Under the pieces are notes generated by a model that searched no databases, was not told where the DNA came from, and saw only the letters and a program-made list of their open reading frames with translations. Both the position numbers and the translations under genes were made by a program. Of a stretch of 36,310 nucleotides of DNA, positions 1 to 8,435 are shown piece by piece; positions within the stretch are counted from its first letter, which is position 1; each line of letters begins with the position of its first letter. This DNA comes from a virus, in IMG/VR virus record IMGVR_UViG_3300042273_000209. One strand, given 5' to 3'.

Positions 1-90
1 CTGACGCCTTCGAAGGGACCGTCGTCGCCGGAGACGACCTGAAAGTTTCGGCGAGCGGTCGGCTGACCAACGGCATCGCGGCCGGAGAGC
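1..90. repeat. Terminal direct repeat, identical to 36221-36310 (circular permutation or assembly overlap)
   Basis: Bases 1-90 read identically to the last 90 bases of the window. Confidence 0.9.
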
Positions 91-152
91 ACGTCGTCGC
101 CCAGGCCATTTCCGTACAGAGCGGCGTCCTCAAATTCCGCCTGCTTGTCTAA
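3..152 (+). CDS. C-terminal part of a junction-spanning gene that starts at 36010; hypothetical beta-rich protein
   Basis: Open frame continues from 36010 through the repeat into 3-152 with stop TAA at 150-152. Confidence 0.4.
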   Translation, partial: DAFEGTVVAGDDLKVSASGRLTNGIAAGEHVVAQAISVQSGVLKFRLLV

Positions 153-197
153 CCCAAGTAGCCAACGCACATGGGAGCCAATCAGGGAGGCGAGCGA

Positions 198-512
198 ATG
201 AACCAGGCCCGAAAAGACGACCACGGCAAGCTTCGGTTTGACCTGATCCCGCCGGGGCCGCTGAAGGAAGTGGCCGCCATATACACCGTCGGGGCCGAGA
301 AATATGGCGACCGCAACTGGGAGCAGGGGTTGGCCTGGGGGCGCGTTTTTGCCGCCATCCAGCGCCACCTCTGGGCCTGGTGGGGCGGGGAGGAGCTAGA
401 CCCCGAGGACGGCCTGAGCCATTTGGCCCATGCGGCCTGGGGATGTTTCACGCTGATGGAGTACGCGCAGACCCACCCGGAGATGGACGAGAGGAAGGAG
501 GCGACAGAATGA
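198..512 (+). CDS. MazG-like dATP/dGTP diphosphohydrolase-domain protein (putative)
   Basis: Motif KDDHGKLRFDLIPP...GAEKYGDRNW...RHLWAW recalled from phage NTP pyrophosphohydrolase-like proteins; GGGAGG RBS before ATG 198. Confidence 0.5.
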   Translation: MNQARKDDHGKLRFDLIPPGPLKEVAAIYTVGAEKYGDRNWEQGLAWGRVFAAIQRHLWAWWGGEELDPEDGLSHLAHAAWGCFTLMEYAQTHPEMDERKEATE

Positions 513-757
513 GCATATCGCTCCGAATTCTCTCGCCGCCTGATCGACCTGGTGGTGGAGCGGGCGATGGAGATAGTGGGGGCCTCCTGATGGATTTTCC
601 GCTGACCTGCCCCAGGTGTGGATCACGCGAGATCTGCACGGCGGGGAGGGGAGAGCATCAGACGGAATATGGCCTGCACTGCTCCTCCTGTGGCCACGAG
701 GGGTGGGGGAAAACGATAAGTGAAGCGATAGATCAATGGGAGGCGGTGGAGGAATGA
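509..757 (+). CDS. Lar-family-like restriction alleviation zinc-ribbon protein (putative)
   Basis: CPRCGS...CSSCGHEG...EAIDQWEA pattern; ATGA overlap with upstream stop; alternative start at 590. Confidence 0.5.
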   Translation: MSISLRILSPPDRPGGGAGDGDSGGLLMDFPLTCPRCGSREICTAGRGEHQTEYGLHCSSCGHEGWGKTISEAIDQWEAVEE

Positions 758-1020
758 ATCACACGCCGGGACCGTGGTCTGTAGAGGCAATTTACGCATT
801 GCTGCGATTCGGCAGAAAAAGCGGTGGATCGTGGGACGACATAGGCGAAGAACATGAATTTTTCCCTGACGAAGACGACGCCAATCTCATCGCCGCCGCT
901 CCGGAGATGCTGGAGGCGCTTGAAGCAATGGTGGAGATGGTAGAGATGAACGGGTTGGGCAAACGGTATGCGCTTGACCTTGCCGCGTCCGCCATCACGA
1001 AAGCGAGGGGAGAGGAATGA
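754..1020 (+). CDS. Hypothetical small phage protein (AAAPEMLEALE motif)
   Basis: GGAGG RBS; ATG overlaps upstream stop; motif common in small phage early proteins. Confidence 0.5.
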   Translation: MNHTPGPWSVEAIYALLRFGRKSGGSWDDIGEEHEFFPDEDDANLIAAAPEMLEALEAMVEMVEMNGLGKRYALDLAASAITKARGEE

Positions 1021-1101
1021 GCCACGTGGATGTTGTCGGGCATGTCTACGCCGGGCATGAGGACGAGTTGAATCCCTATCTCGGGCAGGGGGTGGTAGTG
1101 G

Positions 1102-1266
1102 ATGACGTTTGATGAGCTGAAAGCTGTCGTCGTCGAGTGGTACGAGGCTGACGTTGGCAACGCAAAGGCAGACAAGTATTTGCGCCGGATAAACGCACAA
1201 CAGAGACTCGAACTGGCCGCCCGCTGTCTGATTGAAGAGGGCGGGAAGGCGGAGGTGACGGAATGA
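1102..1266 (+). CDS. Hypothetical small protein (54 aa)
   Basis: Hand-found ORF below the ORF-track cutoff; its stop overlaps the ATG of the next small ORF (1263-1397), which in turn overlaps 1394. Confidence 0.3.
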   Translation: MTFDELKAVVVEWYEADVGNAKADKYLRRINAQQRLELAARCLIEEGGKAEVTE

Positions 1267-1393
1267 GCCATACGCAGAAGGCGCTGAAGGCTGGCGACGG
1301 CACGGCGTATAGATGCTACGAGTTTGCGGCAGCCAAGATGGCCTCTCTGGACCTGGCGACGGCTCTGGTGAGTCTACGAAGGGGCGCGAACGA

Positions 1394-1552
1394 ATGACTC
1401 GCCAGCGCTGTCAGATCTATTCCCGCGTCGTCGGATTTCTCACCCCCATCTCGCAGTGGAACAAGGGCAAGCAGGAGGAGTTCAGGGACAGGAAGACGTT
1501 TGATAAGCAGTTGAGGGGCAAACGCATCGGAACGTCACAAACGCATCATTAG
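1394..1552 (+). CDS. Small protein resembling the C-terminal glycyl-radical loop of class III ribonucleotide reductase NrdD
   Basis: SRVVGFLTPISQWNKGKQEEFRDRKTF matches the NrdD C-terminal motif R-V-x-G-Y-L-x-P-x3-W-N-x-GK-Q-x-E; start 1394 preferred over 1313 (better RBS, ATGA coupling). Confidence 0.4.
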   Translation: MTRQRCQIYSRVVGFLTPISQWNKGKQEEFRDRKTFDKQLRGKRIGTSQTHH

Positions 1553-1562
1553 GAGGTTGCCG

Positions 1563-2072
1563 ATGAGCCGCATTGACAAGGTCGTTAGCGTCCTGGAGTT
1601 GCTGTTGAGGAGGCACAAGGAGCCCCTGCTGGTCCTGCTGGGCGAGGTGGATCCGCCGGCGCTTTATCACTGGGCCGAGATCCTTCCCGTCCGCGGAGAG
1701 GATATTGGCCGAGTCGGCCGAGTCGATGGATCGCCTGGTACTCCCGAGCAGGAACGCCTTGTCTCGTCGGTGGACGTCATTGAGAGGGCTATCGACAAGG
1801 CCGGAGGGTGGGCGGGCATTGTCGCGGCAACACGGGAGGTGCGGCAGCGGGAACCGATGGGGTGGAACCTATTCGTCGAGCACGTGCTCTGGGTGGGCGA
1901 GGGCTCGAAGCTCGATCTTGCCGGCGGCCAGCTGGACAAGATCTGCGACAGATACGGGGTTTGCCGGGCGACGGTCTGGAGATGGAGGGCGCAGATCCCC
2001 AGGTTGATCGCTCGACAGGCCTGCCATGGAGGGCAACGGGTCTTCGCCTTCTGGGTCTCCGTGCAACATTAA
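1563..2072 (+). CDS. Hypothetical protein with C-terminal HTH-like segment
   Basis: AGGAGG RBS 6 nt before ATG; C-terminal LDKICDRYGVCRATVWRWR resembles a DNA-binding HTH. Confidence 0.5.
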   Translation: MSRIDKVVSVLELLLRRHKEPLLVLLGEVDPPALYHWAEILPVRGEDIGRVGRVDGSPGTPEQERLVSSVDVIERAIDKAGGWAGIVAATREVRQREPMGWNLFVEHVLWVGEGSKLDLAGGQLDKICDRYGVCRATVWRWRAQIPRLIARQACHGGQRVFAFWVSVQH

Positions 2073-2251
2073 AGTATCATCAAAGTATAGGCTAAACGTG
2101 CTATTGAATATCGGGAATGGGCTGTATGCTTATAGTGTGGCGCAAGTTGGGGGACTGAGTATCGGGCCTCCGCCGCCGACGAGGGACAGATGCCCCTCGA
2201 AAGAGCAGCCTCGGCCACACCTGGCCGGGGCTTTATTTGTGAGGTGAGCCC

Positions 2252-2557
2252 ATGCCAAGGAAGCCAGGGGAGCAGTATGCGACCAAACGGCGCAAGGACA
2301 GAGAGCGACGGTACAACGCCTCCCGTCCTGCACGGCATGGATTCTATGCTTCTCCAGAGTGGAGACGAGTGAGGGATTGGTACCGAACCAGACATCCGCT
2401 CTGTGAGGAGTGCCAGAGACAGGGACGCGTGGCGGCTGCTGAGTTGGTCCACCATAAAGTGGAGATATCAGAGGGTGGCGAGCCGCTGGACGTGGAGAAT
2501 CTAGAAAGCCTTTGCAGGAGCTGTCATAGCAAGGTGCATGGGTTCAAGCAAGGGTAG
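2252..2557 (+). CDS. HNH endonuclease
   Basis: CEECQRQGR...AELVHHKVEI...LESLCRSCHSKVH signature; typical partner of terminase. Confidence 0.8.
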   Translation: MPRKPGEQYATKRRKDRERRYNASRPARHGFYASPEWRRVRDWYRTRHPLCEECQRQGRVAAAELVHHKVEISEGGEPLDVENLESLCRSCHSKVHGFKQG

Positions 2558-2642
2558 GGGGGGGAGTTAGAGTCTACAGCCCTACTTTATTTTTTACGCC
2601 GGGGAGTCGCACGCGAGATTTCGCAAGTTAGGACATGGGGGG

Positions 2643-3134
2643 GTGGCTAAGATCAAAGTGACAAAAAAGCGCGTTGAGGAATTGACTCCATACTCCAGAA
2701 ATTCAAGGACGCACAGCGACGCGCAGGTCGCGCAGATAGCAGCATCTATACGCGAGTTTGGTTTTATAAATCCCGTCTTGGTTGACGCGGAAAACAACAT
2801 CATCGCCGGCCATGGGCGCGTGCTGGCAGCCCGAAAACTCGGTCTTGAGGAAGTGCCGTGTGTACTCCACGATCATCTGACGGAGACGCAGCGCAAGGCG
2901 TATATCCTTGCAGACAACAAACTTGCGCTCAATGCAGGATGGGATGAAGACATGCTCCGCTTGGAATTGCGCGAGCTTGGTGACATGGGTTTTGATTTGG
3001 AGTTGACGGGGTTTGATGAGGTAGAAGTTGAGGCATTAAACCATAAGGTGAATATAGATGATTTTTTTTCAGACAGAGAAGGAGAAGTGCCAAAGGAACC
3101 TAAGTTATGCCCTCATTGTGGTGGTGTTTTATGA
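2643..3134 (+). CDS. ParB-like nuclease-domain protein (possible DpdB-like partner of DpdA)
   Basis: ParB N-terminal motif INPVLVD...IIAGHGRVLAARKLGLEEVPCV; GTG start; stop overlaps start of next gene. Confidence 0.6.
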   Translation: MAKIKVTKKRVEELTPYSRNSRTHSDAQVAQIAASIREFGFINPVLVDAENNIIAGHGRVLAARKLGLEEVPCVLHDHLTETQRKAYILADNKLALNAGWDEDMLRLELRELGDMGFDLELTGFDEVEVEALNHKVNIDDFFSDREGEVPKEPKLCPHCGGVL

Positions 3135-3865
3135 GGATTCACCTTGCGGGGATAGTTAGAGCTAGTTGTTGCATTGAAGAAGCAAGGAAGGCTCTTTTTG
3201 TTCTCGAATCGTTCCAGACTATAAATAGGTGGGTTGTAGAATCAATCCCGTATTGGAAGTCTTTTATCCTTGACAGTGGCGCTTTTACATATATGTCAAA
3301 CACTTCAAAAGGTGGAAGTGTAAATTGGGAAGACTATGTGAGCAGATATGCTGATTTTATCAAAAACCACAAAATCAAACATTACATAGAGCTTGACATT
3401 GATTCAATCGTCGGACTTAAGGAGGTTGAGAGATTACGCAATATCCTTGAAAACAAGGTAGGGTATCCATCAATACCAGTATGGCATAAAAGCAGGGGGA
3501 AAGATGAGTTTATACGCATGTGCCGTGATTACAAATATGTAGCGATTGGTGGAATCGTAACGAAGGAGTTCACACGAAAGGATCATAAATACTTCCCATG
3601 GTTCATAGACAAAGCGCATGAAATGGGAGCGGAGATACACGGGCTGGGATACACTTCAAGCAACTTGAGGAAATACCAATTCGATTCCGTTGATTCCACA
3701 AGCTGGCTTAGTGGCGGAAAATATGGCAGTTTATGCGTCTTGAAAAACAAAAAAATTAAATATGTTACCGTGAAGGGGAAAAAAATTTCACGGGATCAGG
3801 ATGCAAATGTTCATAACTTAAGAACTTGGATTATGTACCAAAAACTATTATACGATGGGAAATAA
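3131..3865 (+). CDS. dpdA: DpdA-like tRNA-guanine-transglycosylase-family protein (putative 7-deazaguanine DNA transglycosylase)
   Basis: ILDSGAFTYM resembles the TGT catalytic DSGGFQ motif; AT-rich cassette next to YhhQ-like gene. Confidence 0.5.
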   Translation: MRIHLAGIVRASCCIEEARKALFVLESFQTINRWVVESIPYWKSFILDSGAFTYMSNTSKGGSVNWEDYVSRYADFIKNHKIKHYIELDIDSIVGLKEVERLRNILENKVGYPSIPVWHKSRGKDEFIRMCRDYKYVAIGGIVTKEFTRKDHKYFPWFIDKAHEMGAEIHGLGYTSSNLRKYQFDSVDSTSWLSGGKYGSLCVLKNKKIKYVTVKGKKISRDQDANVHNLRTWIMYQKLLYDGK

Positions 3866-3877
3866 TCAGGAGGGTTT

Positions 3878-4486
3878 ATGGAAAAAAACAATAGAAACCT
3901 AATCACGATCAATGCTGTTTTTGTAGTCAGTCTTATCATGGCTAATGTCGTGGCGTCGAAAATCGTTGACGTTTTTGGATTTGTAGTTCCCGCTGCCGTT
4001 GTTGCTTACGGGATCACCTTCCTTTGCACGGATGTTATTGGTGAGATTTGGGGGAAGGAAGAAGCAAACAAGACCGTCAAATTGGGGTTTGTTATGCAAA
4101 TCCTATCTCTATGCCTTATCATTTTGGCGATAATGCTTCCGCCGGCGGTTTTTGCTGTTGAAGAGGGAAAGTCTTTTAATTCAATACTGGGGCAATCTGG
4201 AAGGGTGGTAGTTGCTAGTCTTATCGCCTACTTGGTAGCTCAATTCAATGATGTTTATGTTTTCCACAAACTGAAAGGCGCTTGCAACGGAAGAGCAAAG
4301 TGGATTCGGAACAATGGAAGCACTATTTTAAGCCAGTTTTTCGACACTGCAATTTTCATTACTGTGGCGTTTTACGGAGTAGTCCCTGACCTTGGATGGA
4401 TGGTTATCAGTCAGTATGTTGTAAAGGTCGTGATAGCGCTCTGTGATACACCTTTATTCTACTTCTTTACACGTAAAAGTGTATGA
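3878..4486 (+). CDS. yhhQ: Queuosine precursor transporter, YhhQ/DUF165 family
   Basis: Multi-TM protein; VVASLIAYLVAQFNDVYVFHKLK and CTDVIGEIWG resemble E. coli YhhQ; AT-rich. Confidence 0.7.
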   Translation: MEKNNRNLITINAVFVVSLIMANVVASKIVDVFGFVVPAAVVAYGITFLCTDVIGEIWGKEEANKTVKLGFVMQILSLCLIILAIMLPPAVFAVEEGKSFNSILGQSGRVVVASLIAYLVAQFNDVYVFHKLKGACNGRAKWIRNNGSTILSQFFDTAIFITVAFYGVVPDLGWMVISQYVVKVVIALCDTPLFYFFTRKSV

Positions 4487-4522
4487 AAAAATACTGGCGC
4501 AATGGGGTAGGAGGCGATTTTT

Positions 4523-5008
4523 GTGGCAGGGCCGCCAAGAAAACCAACGAAGCTAAGGATCCTGGAAGGGAACCCATCAAAGCGTCCCCTTCCAAAAAAT
4601 GAACCGGAGCCAGACCCTACAATGCCACAGTGTCCTGATTGGCTCATGGACGACGCTAAAGATGAGTGGAAGCGCGTTGCTCCGGAGTTGAACCGCATTG
4701 GATTACTGACAATAATTGACCAGACCGCGTTAGCAGGATACTGCCAGTCTTATGCAAGGTGGAAAAAGGCCGAGGAAGAAATCAAACTGCTCAAAAATAC
4801 AATATACCCATTAAAAGACGAAGCGGGAAACATTAAGGGCTTCCAGCAGTATCCACAGTACGGGATAGCAAATCAATGTCTAAAACAAATACGGGCGTTT
4901 TGCTCTGAGTTTGGGTTGACCCCGGCAGCGCGTGCGAAGATGGAATTGCCAACTGAGAGGAACCGTGACGACGACTTCGCCTCCAAACTTCGCTCGAAGA
5001 TAGGCTGA
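4523..5008 (+). CDS. Terminase small subunit, P27 family
   Basis: GTG start after AGGAGG; N-terminal GPPRKPTKLRILEGNPSKRP typical of P27-family small terminase. Confidence 0.8.
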   Translation: MAGPPRKPTKLRILEGNPSKRPLPKNEPEPDPTMPQCPDWLMDDAKDEWKRVAPELNRIGLLTIIDQTALAGYCQSYARWKKAEEEIKLLKNTIYPLKDEAGNIKGFQQYPQYGIANQCLKQIRAFCSEFGLTPAARAKMELPTERNRDDDFASKLRSKIG

Positions 5009-5012
5009 TCCC

Positions 5013-6557
5013 ATGTTTTCACGCAAAAAAGCAGACTGGGCGATTGAATTTATTGCCAGGCTAAAACACACAAAAGGCGAATGGGCCGGCAAGCCCTTCC
5101 TGCTTCAAAAATGGCAGAAGATGTTTTTGAAGGAACTCTTCGGGCGCGTCAAAGATGACGGACTCCGGCAATATCAGACCGCATATCTGGAGATCCCGCG
5201 CAAAAACGGGAAGTCTGAACTTGCCGCCGCCATCGCTCTTTTTCTCCTCTTCGGAGACGGGGAGCCGGGAGCGGAAATATACAGCGCCGCGTCGGACAGG
5301 GAGCAGGCATCCCTCGTATTCAACGCGGCTGCGTATATGGTCCGCAATGACCCGGTGCTCTCCGGCATGTGCAAAATCATCGACTCTCAGAAGCGGATCG
5401 TGTTCTACGAGACGGCGAGTTTTTACCGGGCCATCAGCGCGGAGGCATACTCGAAGCACGGATTCAACGCGCACGCCGTCATTTACGACGAAATTCACAG
5501 CGCACCGAACCGTGACCTCTGGGACGTGCTTTCCACGTCCATGGGAGCGAGGACACAACCGCTCATGCTCGGGATTACGACGGCAGGCTACGACCGGAAC
5601 TCCATCTGCTGGGAACTTCACGACTACGGGCAAAAAATCATTGACGGCGTGGTTGAAGATCCAACATTTTTCCCGCTCATATTCGCCGCCGACGAGGGAG
5701 ACGAATGGACGGACGAAAAAACGTGGAGGAAGGCGAACCCGAACCTAGGGGTATCAATCAAGCTCGACTTCCTGCGTCGGGAGTGCAAACGCGCCCAGGA
5801 GATCCCCGCCTACCAGAACACGTTCCGGCGGCTGTACCTCAACCAGTGGACGACTCAGGAAACGCGTTGGCTCGATATGTCGAAATGGCGCGAGTGCGGA
5901 GAGGACTTCGACCTCTCGAAGCTCGCAGACCTCCAATGCTGGGCTGGCGTGGACTTGAGCACCACGACCGACATATCCTCTTGCGCCTTGGTATTCGAGC
6001 CGGACGAGGAAGACAGGGTCCACGTCCTCTCGTTTAATTGGGTACCCGGCGACAACATCGCGGCAAGGGTTCGCCGTGACCGCGTGCCATACGACGCATG
6101 GGCGCGAGACGGGCATATCGTGGCGACGGACGGCAACGTCATAGACCATGACTACATCAGAAATTCTATCGCCATCGACCTTAAAGCTATGTTCCCGCGC
6201 TTGGAGGTCGTTGGATACGACCCATGGAACGCCACAAAATGGGCCATCGACCTCGAAGGCGACGGCGTGCCGGTGGTGCAGATCCGGCAGGGGTACAAGA
6301 CCATGAGCCCCGCATGCAAGGAATTAGAACGGCTTGTGCTCGGGGGTTATTTGCGCCACAACAATAACCCTGTTTTGACCTGGGCAATGGACAACGTTAT
6401 GGTCACGCAAGACCCGGCGGGGAATATTAAACCCGCAAAGGACAAGGCGACTGAGAGGATAGACCCGGCAGTTGCTCTAATAACCGCCATCGCCACCATG
6501 CTGGAGTTCCGCGACGAGCCGTCAATCTATGAATCGAGGGGAATACTAACTCTCTGA
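5013..6557 (+). CDS. Terminase large subunit
   Basis: 514 aa; conserved terminase_1 blocks (EIPRKNGKSELAAA, VIYDEIH, nuclease C-terminus). Confidence 0.9.
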   Translation: MFSRKKADWAIEFIARLKHTKGEWAGKPFLLQKWQKMFLKELFGRVKDDGLRQYQTAYLEIPRKNGKSELAAAIALFLLFGDGEPGAEIYSAASDREQASLVFNAAAYMVRNDPVLSGMCKIIDSQKRIVFYETASFYRAISAEAYSKHGFNAHAVIYDEIHSAPNRDLWDVLSTSMGARTQPLMLGITTAGYDRNSICWELHDYGQKIIDGVVEDPTFFPLIFAADEGDEWTDEKTWRKANPNLGVSIKLDFLRRECKRAQEIPAYQNTFRRLYLNQWTTQETRWLDMSKWRECGEDFDLSKLADLQCWAGVDLSTTTDISSCALVFEPDEEDRVHVLSFNWVPGDNIAARVRRDRVPYDAWARDGHIVATDGNVIDHDYIRNSIAIDLKAMFPRLEVVGYDPWNATKWAIDLEGDGVPVVQIRQGYKTMSPACKELERLVLGGYLRHNNNPVLTWAMDNVMVTQDPAGNIKPAKDKATERIDPAVALITAIATMLEFRDEPSIYESRGILTL

Positions 6558-6574
6558 CACTTAACCCACAAGTT

Positions 6575-6608
6575 AAGCCGCTTTCCTTCGGGGGGCGGCT
6601 TTTTTATT
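6575..6608 (+). terminator. Rho-independent terminator after large terminase
   Basis: GC stem aagccgc...gcggctt followed by a T-run. Confidence 0.6.
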
Positions 6609-7914
6609 GCCAAAAAAGGAGGTGAAAACCCTGAAAAAGAGCGTTTTCGCGCAAATAAAAGACATTTTTCGGCGGGGATTGTACCCCGGAGGACACCCGT
6701 CGGAAGCCGAGATCGTTCGCATACTCACGGGGGCAAGCCTGACGGGACACACCGTGGACGAAGAAAAAGCCATGAGGTTCTCGGCGGTTTACTCCTGCGT
6801 GCGCGTTCTCTCGGAGTCAGTGGCGCAGTTGCCGCTCAAAATCTACCGGCGCAAGGGGGACGGGAGGCAGGAGGCTGCCGACCATTATCTTTATCCACTC
6901 CTGCACGGTGCCCCGAACCCTCGGCAGACGGCGTTCTCGTTCTGGGAGGCCGTCACCGCGAGCCTCGCTCTCTGGGGCAACGCCTACGCCCTCATCGACC
7001 TTGACAACGCCGGCAGGGTGGCAGCGCTCTGGTTCCTCGATCCGTCCACGGTCACACCCAGGAAAGTTCTGACCACTGGCGAGCTTGTTTATGACGTGGC
7101 GATGAAGGACGGCACCAGCCGGACGTTCCTGTGGGGAGAACTGTTCCACATCCCGGGGCTGGGCTTCGACGGCCTTCGGGGTCATTCCGTGGTGAGGGTG
7201 GCGGCGGAGGCTATCGGGCAGGGGATAGCGGCCAGCGAGTACGCTGGGAGATTTTTCGACAATGACGCGACACCGAGGGGTGTACTGGAAACGGACGCTT
7301 TTTTCAAAGACCCGTCTGTCGTCGAACGCCTCAGGAGGTCATGGAACGATCTCTACCAGGGGACAAACAACGCCCACCGGGTGGCCATCCTTGAAAACGG
7401 TCTGAAATTCAAACCGCTGACCATCAACCCCGAGGACGCGCAACTGCTCGAAACGCGCAAGTTCAACAGGTCTGAAATCGCCGGGATCTTCCGTGTGCCC
7501 CTGCACATGATCGGCGACCTGGACAAGGCGACGTTCAGCAACATCGAACACCAGAGTATCGACTTCGTGAAATTCAGTCTCTCGCCATGGCTCAAAAGGA
7601 TTGAACAGGCTATATCCCTGCAACTCTTCTCTCCGGGGGAGCGTAAGCGGTATTTTGCCGAGTTCAAGCCGGAAGGGATGCTCAAAGGGGACGTCAAGAG
7701 CAGGTATGAGGCATACGAGGTGGCTATCCGCAGCGGTTGGATGAGCATCAACGAGGTCCGTGGACTGGAGAATTTGAACCCCGTAGACGGTGGAGACGAG
7801 CACTATCTCCAGATGCAGATGATACCCATCTCGCAGGCGGGAAAGGAGGCAGAGGATGGACAGGGAAATTCGAGCGATCCCGGCGGAGTTCCGGGTGAAG
7901 GAATCGGAGAATGA
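6607..7914 (+). CDS. Portal protein, HK97 family
   Basis: FSAVYSCVRVLSESVAQLPLKIYRR and downstream portal blocks; start uncertain (TTG 6607, CTG 6631 after AAGGAGGTG RBS, or ATG 6772). Confidence 0.8.
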   Translation: MPKKEVKTLKKSVFAQIKDIFRRGLYPGGHPSEAEIVRILTGASLTGHTVDEEKAMRFSAVYSCVRVLSESVAQLPLKIYRRKGDGRQEAADHYLYPLLHGAPNPRQTAFSFWEAVTASLALWGNAYALIDLDNAGRVAALWFLDPSTVTPRKVLTTGELVYDVAMKDGTSRTFLWGELFHIPGLGFDGLRGHSVVRVAAEAIGQGIAASEYAGRFFDNDATPRGVLETDAFFKDPSVVERLRRSWNDLYQGTNNAHRVAILENGLKFKPLTINPEDAQLLETRKFNRSEIAGIFRVPLHMIGDLDKATFSNIEHQSIDFVKFSLSPWLKRIEQAISLQLFSPGERKRYFAEFKPEGMLKGDVKSRYEAYEVAIRSGWMSINEVRGLENLNPVDGGDEHYLQMQMIPISQAGKEAEDGQGNSSDPGGVPGEGIGE

Positions 7915-8434
7915 GCCGCTGAAGATCATCGGCTACGCGGCGCGGTTCAACGAGCTCTCGGAAGAAATGTGGGGCATGCGGGAAAAAATCGCCCCAGGCG
8001 CATTCACGGAAGCCATCGGAAAAAGCGACGTGAGAGCCTTGTGGAACCATGACCCGAACTACGTTTTAGGACGCACCAAAAACGGCACCCTGCAGATCCG
8101 CGAGGACGAGCAGGGTCTTTTTTATGAGGTCACGCCTCCGGATGCGCAGTGGGCGCGGGACCTGGTGGAGAGCATAAAGCGGGGGGACGTGGACCAGTCC
8201 AGCTTCGCCTTCACGGTGGACGTGGAGCAATGGGACGAATCGGGAAGCCCAGTGGTCCGCACCATCGTAAAAGTGCGCGAGTTGTTTGACGTTTCGCCGG
8301 TCACCTATCCGGCCTATCCCACGGCCACCAGCGGCGTGCGGTCCCTGCAGGACGTGGCGAAGGAGCACAAGGCGGCACCGGCACCAAAAGCCCCGGAACA
8401 TCTCCGGGACAAACTTAAATTTCTGGAGGTATGA
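7856..8434 (+). CDS. Prohead protease, HK97 family
   Basis: LKIIGYAARFNELSEEM...IAPGAF; overlaps portal 3' end. Confidence 0.85.
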   Translation: MDREIRAIPAEFRVKESENEPLKIIGYAARFNELSEEMWGMREKIAPGAFTEAIGKSDVRALWNHDPNYVLGRTKNGTLQIREDEQGLFYEVTPPDAQWARDLVESIKRGDVDQSSFAFTVDVEQWDESGSPVVRTIVKVRELFDVSPVTYPAYPTATSGVRSLQDVAKEHKAAPAPKAPEHLRDKLKFLEV

Positions 8435-8435
8435 A

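Noticed and set aside
733-1303. Minus-strand ORFs of 155, 159 and 75 aa
   Set aside because: Antisense to a run of translationally coupled small plus-strand genes; Arg/Ser/Pro-rich products.
1313-1552. Longer 79-aa version of the NrdD-like ORF starting at 1313
   Set aside because: No RBS before 1313 and it would overlap the previous small ORF; ATG 1394 has an RBS and ATGA coupling.
2073-2251. Possible tRNA or small RNA in the AT-rich intergenic spacer
   Set aside because: Could not fold a convincing cloverleaf by eye; more likely a promoter region (TTGAAT...TATAGT) for the HNH gene.
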